Positions 1 to 11,022 of a DNA stretch of 64,000 nt are shown in pieces. The notes under the pieces were generated by a model, which made no database searches, was not told where the DNA came from, and saw only the letters and a list, made by a program, of their open reading frames with translations. The stretch comes from Cenarchaeum sp. GTDB taxonomy: Archaea; Thermoproteota; Nitrososphaeria; Nitrososphaerales; Nitrosopumilaceae. The position numbers and the translations under genes are program-made. Positions within the stretch are counted from its first letter, which is position 1, and every line of letters starts with the position of its first letter. The stretch spans positions 1,888,001 through 1,952,000 of the forward strand of contig CBDESU010000001.1 in the NCBI GenBank assembly GCA_965242695.1. The letters run 5' to 3'.

Positions 1-2030
1 AACAGCTCGCGCACCGCAGCGTCGGCCCCGTCGAGCTCGCCCGCAATGACCATGTTGCGCGCGTCCTCTAGGCGCGTCTCGATCGACGATGCAAAGTCGG
101 CAAAGCCCGGGGCGAACCGGTTGCCGCGCATGCTCAGGTCGAGCAGGTTCTCGATCGACTTTGCGCGGCGCAGTATGTCGCCGGCGCGCAGGTCGTACGC
201 GTCGTCCGAGTAGGCGTCGAGCTCGGCCCGTATCGTCGGCGCCGACTCGCTCGCCCACGCGAGCAGCACCTCGATGCGGTCTATGCGGGACGCCGAGGGG
301 GTGCCCCTGTCCAGGCCGGCGGCCGAGTCTAGCACGCGCAGGGCGGTGCGTATCTTGGCGGCGTTGTCGTGGTCCGCCTGCAGCTCGGCCCTTGCGAGCA
401 TCGACTCGTAGTCGAACCGCAGCGACTCGAGCGGGCTGCGCCTCTCGCGCAGCTCGGCCAGCGAGGCGTCGAACTCGGATACGATCGGCAGCATGTCCTC
501 GACGGAGCCTGCCGCGCGCGCCCGCTTGAGGAGCGCCTCCCAGTCGTCGACCATGTCCGAGCCGGCGCCGTTCTCGCGCGCGATCTCGACGACCTTTGTT
601 ATGCGCCCCGATATCTCGATTATACTCTTCATCTCGGCGGCGCGCCGCTCGGATGCGAGTATGTCGCCGACCGTGCGGGCCGACGACATCTCCTTGGCGA
701 GCTGGTCCCACGCGGGCCGCACGATCTCGACTAGCGCGCCGCGGTCGATGCCGGGCAGAGCGGTCCCGGGGGGCCCTGAGGGCTGAGCCACGCCGTGCGT
801 CCCCATGAACCTGCCGACTCCGTGGAGGTCGCGCAGTATGAGGGCGGCCCTGTGCAGGGCGTCGACGTCTCCGTGCGAGGCGAGTAGGGACTCGATGTCG
901 GGCTGCATGGCAAGCGACTCGCCGAGCGGCGCCCACCTGTCCTGCACTATGGAGTAGAGCGTGCTGTTCCGGCGCGACGTGATGTCCAGGTAGCGCATCT
1001 TTGTGAGCATGTCGAGCATCTCGTCGAGCTCGTCGGCGTGGAGGGGGGCCGTGCCGCGGGCGAATATCAGCGCCAGCGCTTCCTTTACCTCGCCGCTCAG
1101 GGTGCTGCTCGTCTTTGTCATGAGGTTTTGTACGGACTGCTCGAGCTCGGCGTACGTGCGCGGCTTTGCCGCCTCTATCTTTACGGGGTCGACGTTCTGC
1201 ACGGACACGAGCGCATCGGAAAGCATCGAGACGGCCGTTGTGGCGTCGCCGAGCGCATAGTAGAAGGCAGCCTCGTGCGCGCCGGCGTCGATCTCGGCGG
1301 CCACCGTCGCCGACAGGTCGCCGTCGGCCACGAGGCGCGACGTCGCCGACAGGGTCGACTCTACGGCCGGCCGGAACGACGGATCTATCCCGTAGATCGC
1401 ATCGCCGTCCACATCCAGCGCCGCCCACAGGTCGGCGTATATGCCGGCCGCGTCCTGCACGGTCAGGCCACGGTCGGCCAGTCGGTCTGCGTACGAAGAG
1501 GTCGCCGCCGAGCCGCGGGACCCGTCCGAGAGCGAGTCGATGCGCTCCTGGACGATCGACCTTGCCGCCTGCAGCTGCGAGGCGGCCGTCGGAGCCTCCC
1601 GCAGTACGGGCGAGAGCGAGAACGACACGGCGGTGCGGTCGTCGCCGTAGAACAGGCGCACGTCGTACTCGCCCGGCACCCCGCAGGCGCGCCCCGTCAG
1701 GGGGACGGGCTCGCTCAGGAACTGCCCGCCGCTGAGCGGCGTGAGCTGCTGGATGCGGCAGATGCTCCCCTGCGGGTTGAACGCCTGCATGATCAGGTAG
1801 GAGCTGTCGTCGACCTGCGCGAGGCGCCCGAATACGAAGAACGAGTCGCCGCGCTCGTACTCGCCCGGCCCCGCAAGCAGCGCTATCCGGTCGGCCCCCT
1901 GGGCGGCGGCCTCGCCCGCCAGGGACGGAAGGGCGAGCAGGGCCGTGGCAGTTGCGGCCGCCGCAAGCACGGCCAGGGCGGCCTGGGCGGGGCGCGAGGG
2001 GCGGCCCCTGCGCGGGCGCGGCAGTCTCAT
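1..2030 (-). CDS. Large secreted/membrane-anchored hypothetical protein (3' end beyond window)
   Basis: ATG at 2030 (minus) reads MRLPRPRRGRPSRPAQAALAVLAAAATATALLALP (signal-peptide-like), then ...GEYERGDSFFVFGRLAQ...CGVPGEYDVRLFYG. Frame appears open to the window edge, so it is absent from the ORF track. TATA-like ATAAAT at about 2053-2058. Confidence 0.75.
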   Translation of the reverse strand, partial: MRLPRPRRGRPSRPAQAALAVLAAAATATALLALPSLAGEAAAQGADRIALLAGPGEYERGDSFFVFGRLAQVDDSSYLIMQAFNPQGSICRIQQLTPLSGGQFLSEPVPLTGRACGVPGEYDVRLFYGDDRTAVSFSLSPVLREAPTAASQLQAARSIVQERIDSLSDGSRGSAATSSYADRLADRGLTVQDAAGIYADLWAALDVDGDAIYGIDPSFRPAVESTLSATSRLVADGDLSATVAAEIDAGAHEAAFYYALGDATTAVSMLSDALVSVQNVDPVKIEAAKPRTYAELEQSVQNLMTKTSSTLSGEVKEALALIFARGTAPLHADELDEMLDMLTKMRYLDITSRRNSTLYSIVQDRWAPLGESLAMQPDIESLLASHGDVDALHRAALILRDLHGVGRFMGTHGVAQPSGPPGTALPGIDRGALVEIVRPAWDQLAKEMSSARTVGDILASERRAAEMKSIIEISGRITKVVEIARENGAGSDMVDDWEALLKRARAAGSVEDMLPIVSEFDASLAELRERRSPLESLRFDYESMLARAELQADHDNAAKIRTALRVLDSAAGLDRGTPSASRIDRIEVLLAWASESAPTIRAELDAYSDDAYDLRAGDILRRAKSIENLLDLSMRGNRFAPGFADFASSIETRLEDARNMVIAGELDGADAAVREL

Positions 2031-2232
2031 GCGCGGCAGTGTGCGCATGGGCATTTATGTTGATTGCGGGGCGCTAAGCGAGATCTCAACACTGGCCCCT
2101 TGTGACACTCTAGAGTGACAGCCTGCACCATGCGTGTGGTACGAAGTGTTGACGGACGATCACGTGATCATTCAGTTAGAACTTTTAAAGAGCCTAAGTA
2201 GTGAGCGGCCGTGAACATGACGCAGAAGGGCA

Positions 2233-2344
2233 CGAGCCCACCATTAGGCCGTATGTCTAGCGACAGCGTAGCCGGTGCGAGCGCATGCAGACGCATGTGG
2301 CCGGCGACCTCACCACTAGGCCGTATGTCTAGCCACAGCGTAGC
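2233..2344. repeat. Two-copy imperfect direct repeat (about 40 bp, period 72 bp)
   Basis: CGAGCCCACCATTAGGCCGTATGTCTAGCGACAGCGTAGC at 2233 and CGACCTCACCACTAGGCCGTATGTCTAGCCACAGCGTAGC at 2305. Confidence 0.8.
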
Positions 2345-2380
2345 GGTTCAAAGACCACAGGCCCACCTTTGCCCCGCCGC

Positions 2381-2590
<210 letters not shown>

Positions 2591-2603
2591 GCGGCAGCAG
2601 GCA

Positions 2604-2788
<185 letters not shown>

Positions 2789-3085
2789 CCACGCCGCATC
2801 TAGTCGTGGTCACCAACGACATGTAGGTGTGACACTCATCGGTGTCATACCAAGAAAAGAAGCTATTCGACCCGTGTGGGACAGTACAAACTGCCGGGTT
2901 GGCCAAAACCAACCAGCTACGACAAATCATCATATCCAACGCTCCACCATCATTCATTACAAAATAAATAATATAAGAAATTTGGAGTTTGTAGGACCCG
3001 AGCTAGGTGTTCAAATAGACAAAATTCTGTTAACTTCAATAGTGTCACAACGTAAAAATCATAATACAGTGTTGGTTATAGCACA

Positions 3086-5908
3086 ATGTATACTTTACCG
3101 TGTTATAAACTCCAAGAAAAAAGGTGGCATGCTTTGACTGTAAGTGAATACGAAGGCAATTTGAACGGTAAGCTCTGTAGTTTATTAAAAAATTCAAATT
3201 TAAAAGCGGGAAAGGAAGTCAAGCGAGGAAGTGGACGTGTTGATATACTAGTTCTTTTTGAGGGGTACGATGTTGCGATAGAGTGCGAAAAAGATGGACC
3301 TAATAAAAAAACAAGTGCAATCAAAGATGCAATGTCGAGACTAGAACCAGGTCATGTTAATATCGCGTTTGCGGTAGTTTATCCGCCCGATTGCACAGAA
3401 GAGACGCTCGATCTAGACACGGTGCTAAAAGTCGTAGTGCTTGATCGAGATCATGTGGGTACCCTGCGGGGTCAAAAGTCTCTTAACGAGTACATAGGTC
3501 CAACTAAAGAAAAGCCAATAATTTGGATGGAGCGTTCGGTTAAAGATGTCATAGAGATGATACGATCTACGCATCGTGACCTTGGGAATCCAGACAGGAT
3601 TGTCAAAGATCTAAATTATACCTTAGACACTGCAACAAGCTATTTAACAGAAAACGAGTGTAGGCTATTGGGCGAATCGTTGAATCTTACAATGAAAAAG
3701 AAAGGGGGGTGGACACCTGCTGCAAAGCGAGCATTATTAGTAATAGCATCTGCGGCAATGTTTCATGCAAGACTAGATCCACATCTAGATACAATGAAAC
3801 CAATCGTAGATGCGAGAACGGGGACAAAGTTCAAAGGGAATTGGCCCCCTGCCTCCATACAAGAGTGCTATGAAGATGACAATACGCCGGCGCGTTTGTT
3901 AGACTCCTGGCAGTTGATTTTGGCTGTAGACTACAAACCGATATTCGAGGCGGGTCGTCATGTGTTAAAGTCGAATAACAGTACAAAATTTACACAAGCA
4001 GTGAAAATAACTATCAATTGGGCAAGATATGCAGTGGGACAACTCGGTGGACTCCGCCACGATATACTAGGACGCATATTTCACGCAATGTTAGAAGATG
4101 CAAAGTACGACGGATCGTTTTATACATCAGTCCCGTCAGCTATAGTTCTTGCAGGATTGGCATTACGTAATAAACAAGACATTCCGATGAAACTATCATC
4201 AATGAAAATAATAGATCCAGCCTGCGGAACCGGAACGTTACTTATGGCAGCGGCAGAAAGAATACGCGATATTTTAGGTGACAAATACAGTTCTAAAACA
4301 ATGATCGAAAAGGTGTTAACAGGAATTGATATTAATGTAACAGCTCTCCACATGGCGGCCACAACGCTAGGATTGATGTCACCAACGACACAGTTCAAAA
4401 ACATGAATGTGCGTATGGCGCCATTTGGACAACTAAGCGACACAGCAGTCGCCACGGGATCACTAGAGATGTATTCTCCAGAAGGGTTGTTGCCAAGTCA
4501 TGGTTTTTTAGTTCAGGATATTATGGATAGAGATCAATCGCTCCATATAGAAACGGGTCAAAAAGATGATTTTCAAATATACCATAACAGTGCAAATCTC
4601 GTAATAATGAATCCACCATTTACAAGAAGCGACATACGACACGACCAACTCGGCAAGGTTGTTGAAAAATTAGTAAAAAGTAGAGAAAAGTTAATATATA
4701 GAGGCGCACCGTTTAATCCGAGTCAAACATCTAGCGGACAAATGTTTTTGATGCTGGCAGAGAGGCTTGCTAATAAAAACAACAGTGTGGTAGCGTTAGT
4801 ACTTCCACTGACAGCATCGATGAATCCTACCACTCAAGAATTAAGGGCATTTCTTGCACAAAAATTTCACATTGAGACCATTGTGGTTTCTGATGATCCC
4901 GATCGATTTTGGTTTTCAGAGAACACAGATATCGCAGAAATGCTCATCGTGATGAGACGGAGTAGAAAGCCAAAACGGCACACAAATGTCATACATCTGG
5001 CAATAAATCCCAATACAGCAACAGATGCGGCAACATTAGTTAGCGACATATTGTCGAAAAAACCACGAAAGAATATACAAATTATCAAACAGTCGAAGAA
5101 GGCTACGGAGGCGGGAGATTGGTATGGCGTTCAATTTTTCTCACCATACTTGACAGAGTCATTTCTGCGCATCAGAGAAAGTGAACTCTTCAAGGCCACA
5201 CATCTCAAAAACATTGCGAGTGTCTCACCTAGCGGACGCCATCTTAGCATGTATGCCGAATGTAGTGATGTGTCCGGCAAATACGGATGGCGTTCATTAT
5301 ATAATAACAAGACATCCATATTAAAATCTATAGAAGCAAGCCCATATACATACGTTGTTCCAAAAAAAGGAAAACTTAAAAAAGCTGAGGAGTATTGGGC
5401 AAGTAGATCAATCCTCTTAGTACCGATATTTGTACAGCCAAATTTGGCACGTCCAACTGCTGTAATTTCAACAGTTCCTACGATTGGTGTATCGTGGACA
5501 TCTGTCAGACCTTACGAATCATCACGTAAGAAAGAATGGTCGTTAGCAATGGCCATGTATTTTAATTCTACAATTGGCATCGTATCACTTTTGGGGGTAC
5601 GCATTCCAAAAAAACCGCTCTTTCCTAGATTTTCAGTCGAGAACCATGCTAAAATACCAATCCCAATATTGTCACCAAAACAGATTGATGATCTAGCAGA
5701 TGCGTATAAAAATTTTGCGACGAAAAAAATAGGCTTGTGGCGTGAAAGTGACGACCCTGTTCGATCAGGCATTGATGCAGTCGTGAGCTCATCTTTAAAA
5801 ATTAATATTGAATACGTAAACAATATGAGATTTGAGCTGTCACGTGAACCGATGTGTACTGGTGAACGCTACCAGCCAATATTGAATTATAAAGTAATTC
5901 AAAAATGA
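3086..5908 (+). CDS. Type IIG-like fused restriction endonuclease / N6-adenine methyltransferase
   Basis: N-terminal PD-(D/E)XK-like GRVDIL...AIECEK, SAM-binding motif I DPACGTGTLL, catalytic motif IV MNPPF, long C-terminal putative target-recognition region. Much more AT-rich than the flanks. True start may be the TTG near 3134. Confidence 0.88.
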   Translation: MYTLPCYKLQEKRWHALTVSEYEGNLNGKLCSLLKNSNLKAGKEVKRGSGRVDILVLFEGYDVAIECEKDGPNKKTSAIKDAMSRLEPGHVNIAFAVVYPPDCTEETLDLDTVLKVVVLDRDHVGTLRGQKSLNEYIGPTKEKPIIWMERSVKDVIEMIRSTHRDLGNPDRIVKDLNYTLDTATSYLTENECRLLGESLNLTMKKKGGWTPAAKRALLVIASAAMFHARLDPHLDTMKPIVDARTGTKFKGNWPPASIQECYEDDNTPARLLDSWQLILAVDYKPIFEAGRHVLKSNNSTKFTQAVKITINWARYAVGQLGGLRHDILGRIFHAMLEDAKYDGSFYTSVPSAIVLAGLALRNKQDIPMKLSSMKIIDPACGTGTLLMAAAERIRDILGDKYSSKTMIEKVLTGIDINVTALHMAATTLGLMSPTTQFKNMNVRMAPFGQLSDTAVATGSLEMYSPEGLLPSHGFLVQDIMDRDQSLHIETGQKDDFQIYHNSANLVIMNPPFTRSDIRHDQLGKVVEKLVKSREKLIYRGAPFNPSQTSSGQMFLMLAERLANKNNSVVALVLPLTASMNPTTQELRAFLAQKFHIETIVVSDDPDRFWFSENTDIAEMLIVMRRSRKPKRHTNVIHLAINPNTATDAATLVSDILSKKPRKNIQIIKQSKKATEAGDWYGVQFFSPYLTESFLRIRESELFKATHLKNIASVSPSGRHLSMYAECSDVSGKYGWRSLYNNKTSILKSIEASPYTYVVPKKGKLKKAEEYWASRSILLVPIFVQPNLARPTAVISTVPTIGVSWTSVRPYESSRKKEWSLAMAMYFNSTIGIVSLLGVRIPKKPLFPRFSVENHAKIPIPILSPKQIDDLADAYKNFATKKIGLWRESDDPVRSGIDAVVSSSLKINIEYVNNMRFELSREPMCTGERYQPILNYKVIQK

Positions 5909-6177
5909 CAATTAAGTAGTCACATATTTTGAAATTACAAAATACATGCCTGTCATAATTTTAACTTGGTTTTAAATAAAAAATTGTTTACAAGAGATTT
6001 TTAGGCACGCCTGACAGTTGTCAAAACATTTTAAGAGTCATCATCAGTTAAACAAAATTATGGATATTTTTAGCCACAGGTTTCTGTGACGTCCGATTAT
6101 TCCGAGCTGAATACTAGAAGATCAGATTACTAACGACGTTATGTAACCCGCACTTTTGCTGACGGTCAAAGTGATAC

Positions 6178-7662
6178 CTACGCGCCGGCGAGCAGCTCGC
6201 GGTAGAGCCTCACGGCCTCGTCGCCGTCCCTCGTCCCGACGACGACGGCCGAGCCGTGCTTCATTATATTCACCGAAAAGTCGTCCGAGCGGACGGACAG
6301 GCCCATGTCGCCGAGCGGCTCGACGATCAGGCCGCGCCGCCGCGCGACATCGGCCGCCGCCTCAAGGTCGGCTACGTGGCCGGCCCCGTTGCCGTTACCG
6401 CCGGCAGGGGCGCCGGCCGCCCCCGCCGCCGTCGGCGTAAGCGAGAACGTCCGGCGCCCGCCGTTGCGCCCGCACAGCTCCTCGACGACGAACGAGCCGC
6501 CGCCTGCGGCGACCGCAACGGCCGCCTGCGGCTGCGCCTGCGGCTCGGCGGCGGCCGCTTCCGCGGCCCCGCTCCCGCACACGGGGCACTCTTCGGCCCG
6601 AAACGTGCGCGTGTACGAAAAGTCGAGGTGCTCTAGGTCTACGTGCAGTATGCGCCCCGACAGGGACGGCTCCTGCCCGACCATGATCTTGGCGGCCTCG
6701 GACGCCTCTATCCCGCCGATTATGGACAGTATGGGAGGGTGCACCCCCTCTATAGAGCACGTCGGCATCGACTCCTCGTCGAGCTGCGGGAACATGCAGT
6801 GGTAGCACGCCGACCTGCCCGGCATCACGGTAAACGCCTGGCCCGAGACCCCGACGGCGGCGCCCGTCACAAACGGCACGCCGGCGGCAACGCATGCCCT
6901 GTTCAGGGCGTACCGCGCGGCGACGCTGTCGAGGGCGTCGACTACGACGTCGCACCCGGCGATCACGTCGGCCGCGTTGTGGTCGCCGACCGACACGGGC
7001 AGCGGCTCGACGCGCACGCCCGAGTTCATCGCCCGCAGGCGCTCGGCGGCCGCCTCTACCTTTACGCGCCCCACGTCCGACTCGCCAAACAGCGTCTGCC
7101 TGTGCAGGTTCGACAGCTCTACGACGTCGCGGTCGACTATGCGCAGCGTGCCGACCCCCATGCCGGCCATTCGGGAGGCTATCGGGCTGCCGAGGCCGCC
7201 CGAGCCGACGATGCAGACGCTCGCGGCCGCCAGCCTCTGCTGCCCGCCGTACCCGATCTGCTCGAGCATGACCTGCCGCGAGTACCTGTCCAGGTCGCGC
7301 GCCGACAGGTCGGCCGGCTTCGCCCCCTCCGGGCCCGCATCCTGGCCGCCTGCCACCGCCGGCAGCACGTACACCTCGTCGCCGGCCGAGACCCCTACGT
7401 CCATGCCGCCCGAGAACTGGGCGTTCTTGCCGTTGACGTACACGTTGATCATTGCGCGCGGCGTAGCGCCGTCCGGCTCTAGCACGCGCCGCCCAAAGTC
7501 CTCGCCCATCATCGAGCAGAGCCGCAAAAACGCCTCGCCGAGCGTCCCCTTTTCGCCGACGGCCACGTCTACGATCTTTTCGCCGCCGCCTGCGTTGAGG
7601 ACGGACGGGATGGTGAACTTTACGACCGGGGCGCCGCCTCCGCCGCCCTCCGCTTCCGGCAT
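6178..7662 (-). CDS. MoaD/ThiS ubiquitin-like domain fused to ThiF/MoeB (E1-like) adenylyltransferase
   Basis: N-terminal beta-grasp ending LPAVAGG, then RYSRQ, GSGGLG, DRDVVELSNLHRQ, CYHC and CPVC zinc motifs. Confidence 0.93.
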   Translation of the reverse strand: MPEAEGGGGGAPVVKFTIPSVLNAGGGEKIVDVAVGEKGTLGEAFLRLCSMMGEDFGRRVLEPDGATPRAMINVYVNGKNAQFSGGMDVGVSAGDEVYVLPAVAGGQDAGPEGAKPADLSARDLDRYSRQVMLEQIGYGGQQRLAAASVCIVGSGGLGSPIASRMAGMGVGTLRIVDRDVVELSNLHRQTLFGESDVGRVKVEAAAERLRAMNSGVRVEPLPVSVGDHNAADVIAGCDVVVDALDSVAARYALNRACVAAGVPFVTGAAVGVSGQAFTVMPGRSACYHCMFPQLDEESMPTCSIEGVHPPILSIIGGIEASEAAKIMVGQEPSLSGRILHVDLEHLDFSYTRTFRAEECPVCGSGAAEAAAAEPQAQPQAAVAVAAGGGSFVVEELCGRNGGRRTFSLTPTAAGAAGAPAGGNGNGAGHVADLEAAADVARRRGLIVEPLGDMGLSVRSDDFSVNIMKHGSAVVVGTRDGDEAVRLYRELLAGA

Positions 7663-8901
7663 CTAGTGCACCTCCGCCATGATCTTGTCGGCGTCGGCCT
7701 TTACGACCTCTGGGCGCGGCAGTATCCCCATGAGCGGGTCGACGGCTTTTAGCCCGTTGCCGGTCACGTAGCAGACGACGGTGTCCGACCTGTCGACCAT
7801 CCCCTCGTCGACCATCTGCCGCAGGACGGCGACGGCCACGCCGCCGGCCGGCTCTGTGAATATGCCCTCGGTCCGGGCCAGCAGGAGTATCGCGTCGAGT
7901 ATCTCGCTGTCGGACGCATCGGACGCATGCCCCGAGTACTGCTTCATCCGGCCGAGGACGTACCTGCCGTCGCCGGGGTCGCCGATGGCCAGGCTCTTTG
8001 CGACCGTCTCGGGCCTCTCGACGGGGGCGACGGTCCTTGACCCCGACCGGAAGGCGTCCACGACGGGCGCGCAGCCGCGCGGCTGCGCTGCGGCCACGCG
8101 CATCGACTCTACGCCGGATGCGTCAAGGAGCGAGGCGCCGGCGAGCTCTTCGAACCCCTTGCACATGGCGTTGAGCATCGCCCCGCTGCCGACGGGCACT
8201 ATGATCTGGTCGGGCGCCTGCCAGCCGAGCTGCTCGGCCGCCTCGTATGCGAGCGTCTTTGATCCCTCCACGTAGTAGGAGCGCATGTTGATGTTTACGA
8301 TGCCGATGCCGCGCGCATCGCCGACGCGCGCCGCTATGCGGTTCGCATCGTCGTACGTGCCGTCGATGGCCACAAAGTTGGCCCCGTACGAGAGCGCCTG
8401 CGCAATCTTTGGCGTCTCGATGTCGCCGGGCGCGAACACGTGGCACGGCAGGCCGCCTCGCGCCGCGTGAGCGGCCGTGGCCGACGCGAGGTTGCCCGTA
8501 GAGGCGCACCCTACCGACGACAGGCCGAGCTCGCGCGACTTTGAGACGGCCACGCCGGCGGGCCTGTCCTTGAACGAGAACGTGGGGTTTACAGAGTCGT
8601 TCTTGACGTAGAGGCTAGACAGGCCGAGCTCTTCGCCGAGCCTCTCGGCGCGGATCAGCGGCGTCATGCCCGCCCCGATGTCGACGATGTTTGAGCGGTC
8701 CATGATCGGGAGCATCTCAAAGTACCGCCAGTACGTGTGCGGCCGCCCCTCGAACGAGGCAGGCGAGAGGCGCGGGACGCCCTCGTACGCGACGTCGAGC
8801 GGCCCAAAGCACTCTGGGCAGACGTAGCGGAACTCGGGGGCCGCCGTCCGCCCGCACTCCCTGCACTTTAGCACGATGCTGCGCTCCATGCCCATCCCCA
8901 A
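7663..8901 (-). CDS. thrC: Threonine synthase
   Basis: N-terminal CRECG/CPEC zinc knuckle, NPTFSFKDR (PLP lysine), ASTGN, VPVGSG, TGNGLK. Confidence 0.93.
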   Translation of the reverse strand: MGMGMERSIVLKCRECGRTAAPEFRYVCPECFGPLDVAYEGVPRLSPASFEGRPHTYWRYFEMLPIMDRSNIVDIGAGMTPLIRAERLGEELGLSSLYVKNDSVNPTFSFKDRPAGVAVSKSRELGLSSVGCASTGNLASATAAHAARGGLPCHVFAPGDIETPKIAQALSYGANFVAIDGTYDDANRIAARVGDARGIGIVNINMRSYYVEGSKTLAYEAAEQLGWQAPDQIIVPVGSGAMLNAMCKGFEELAGASLLDASGVESMRVAAAQPRGCAPVVDAFRSGSRTVAPVERPETVAKSLAIGDPGDGRYVLGRMKQYSGHASDASDSEILDAILLLARTEGIFTEPAGGVAVAVLRQMVDEGMVDRSDTVVCYVTGNGLKAVDPLMGILPRPEVVKADADKIMAEVH

Positions 8902-9708
8902 CCTGTATGGGGTTGATAAAGCGTCCTAATATCAAGTTAAGCGTGGCTTAACTGTGGCGGGCGGGGGATCGAGGCGGGCGTGGAGGGCGCAGGGGAGGGC
9001 CCGCAGGGGGGAGGCTTGCGGCCCGTCGGGCCGTCGGGCGTGCAGTGGCCGACAGGCAGGCCAGGCCGAGGCCCGTCAGGCGCGGCGGCGCCAGGTGGGC
9101 CGCATGTCCCGTCCCTCTCCCTTCTTGCGCGGCCACGGCACTCGACAACCCATGCAGGCGCCCACGAGATCGCCGAAGCATCAGCGGCGGCATGGCCAGT
9201 CGCTGCGCCGCCGCTGCACGGACAGCCCACATAGGCGCCCAGCGACTCTCGGCATGGGCCTCCTAGGCGCGCGGACACAGTGGCGGGCGAAGGGAACGGC
9301 CGGGTGCCGATGTACCTCGGCATGGGACTGGACACATGCCGAGCTCGCAATCCCCGCGGCCAAGTGCGCACCAGGCGCAACATTGCCGCGGTACCCACCC
9401 CGCGAGGCATCGATCCTCGAGGATGCCGGTGCGATCGCCTCGCGCCCACCCCCTGCAACTCGCCCTCTTCCGGCGACGCTGCGAGTGCAGGGGCGGCGGC
9501 GCAGGGGCGCCCCGGCGCATCCCTGCCCTGCTAGGCCCGTCCATCCCGCTCTGAAATCCACCGCAGGCCTGCCGGCCAAGAGCCGGTTCGGCCTTTCGAG
9601 GCCGCCCTGATGCAGGCGGATATGACGCCGTCAGGCGGGCGCATGCAGGAGGCCGCTCCGGAAGGGGCCGCAATTCTCAGGCCCGCCGCCGATCAGCTCC
9701 CCGTAGCG

Positions 9709-10380
9709 CTACGTTGTGATGATCCCCTTGTCGACGAGAGAGTCCGCCAAGCGCCTCCTAGCTTCTGGATCCCGGTACCTGTCGTCCATTCCAGTGAGCT
9801 CGGCGGTCCCGGAATATGCGTCGGAGACGAGAAACAGAAACTCGTCGGCATCGACTCCGTCGTAGACGTGCCTTACGAAGCTGGCCGCGCCGGCAAGGCC
9901 CTTCATTCTGACGGTCCCGGAGACCATCGCCTCGTAGGCGTGGCGACCCTCCGTGGTAAGGCACACCCCTCCGTGCCGGCCGACCTCGTATGCGCCCTCG
10001 TGTCGGAGCGGCTCAAGGGATGCCCTCTGCAGGCCAGGCGAGTGCGGGCCGCCAGGGTGCGGCTCGAACCGGAAGAGCGCCTCTAGCCCCGGGTCGACCT
10101 TTGTCAGCATGTACATCTCCCTTTGCAGGTGCCCGGAAGACGGGACGGGGCCGCTGCCCGATCCAAGTAGCAGTATGATCATTCGCTCTAGATCTTCCAG
10201 GTCGGCCTCGTCCTCGGGCAGCGTATCTAGCAGGCCCTGGGAGGAGCCGATGCGGGCGGCCGAGGCAGAGGCCGAGACGGGAAGATCCTCGCCGCCGCGT
10301 AACAGGCCGGACGGAGGCCGGAGAGATGAGGCGGCGTTGAAATCGGCCCGATGTGCAAGCCCGCCAAGGTGCCGCGACAT
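9709..10380 (-). CDS. Hypothetical protein, YwgA/SocA(Panacea)-like antitoxin-type winged-helix protein; possibly truncated by a premature TAG
   Basis: IILLL...HLQREMYML...FRFEPHPGGPHS...LTTEG resembles the LQK..F....F.P...GP.S family pattern. TATA-like CTTAAT at about 10402. Confidence 0.55.
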   Translation of the reverse strand: MSRHLGGLAHRADFNAASSLRPPSGLLRGGEDLPVSASASAARIGSSQGLLDTLPEDEADLEDLERMIILLLGSGSGPVPSSGHLQREMYMLTKVDPGLEALFRFEPHPGGPHSPGLQRASLEPLRHEGAYEVGRHGGVCLTTEGRHAYEAMVSGTVRMKGLAGAASFVRHVYDGVDADEFLFLVSDAYSGTAELTGMDDRYRDPEARRRLADSLVDKGIITT

Positions 10381-10524
10381 GCCCTGCGGCGCACCGCCGC
10401 CTTAATGTCCCTTGTCCGACGAGTGTGCCGGACGCCAAAAACCGCGCATTCGAGGATGCCGCCGCTCCTGCCGGCGGGCCTGCAGGGTGTGGACGGGGAC
10501 GGCGAAGCGGAGGAATAGTTCGAG

Positions 10525-10598
10525 CGGGTCTAGAGGGATTCGAACCCTCGACAGCCGGATTAAGAGTCCGGTGCTCTACCTGGCTAAGCCATAGACCC
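10525..10598 (-). tRNA. tRNA-Lys(CTT)
   Basis: GGGTCTA/TAGACCC acceptor stem, anticodon arm CCGGA-CTCTTAA-TCCGG, T-loop GGTTCGAATCC. TATA TTTATAAT about 25 bp upstream. Confidence 0.97.
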
Positions 10599-11022
10599 GG
10601 AGTGCGGTGCGGAGCCGGCCATTATAAACGGTGGGAGCCGGCCGCATCGCCGGCCCCTTGGCTGAGGATCCCACTGGGGCCGGTGCGCGCCCCGCCCGCA
10701 TCGGGGCGGACATGGATCCGGCCCCTGCGCGCCGCGGGGCGCCGCCTGGCCGCGGGGAAGTAGGCGCAGATGCATGCGCGTCCTCCGGCGGCAGGAGCGC
10801 GCCGCGGGGTCGGCGCGGAAAGGCCGCCACCATCCGCGGCCCGAGCATCCCAAGGCGGCCGTGAAGGAAGGGGCAGCCTGCCGGTCTGGCATCGGCATGC
10901 CCCCTCAGGGATCGGCTGGCGGGTGGAGGGGGCGCACCATCAGCATGCTGGAGCGTTCCGTCGCGATCCCGGCGGATGATGGTGGAGAAGGCGCGGTGAT
11001 TCAAGGCGCCGCCATGCGCCGG

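Noticed and set aside
89-2063. Plus-strand ORFs at the left end
   Set aside because: Antisense shadows of the minus-strand gene starting at 2030.
8937-9630. Possible PIN-toxin remnant or other ORFs downstream of the SocA-like gene
   Set aside because: Only a faint LGRGDCEL resemblance; no coherent frame, so not called as a feature.
9709-9711. TAG as a pyrrolysine or recoding signal
   Set aside because: TAG is the common true stop for many genes here and no pyl genes are seen; a nonsense mutation is simpler.
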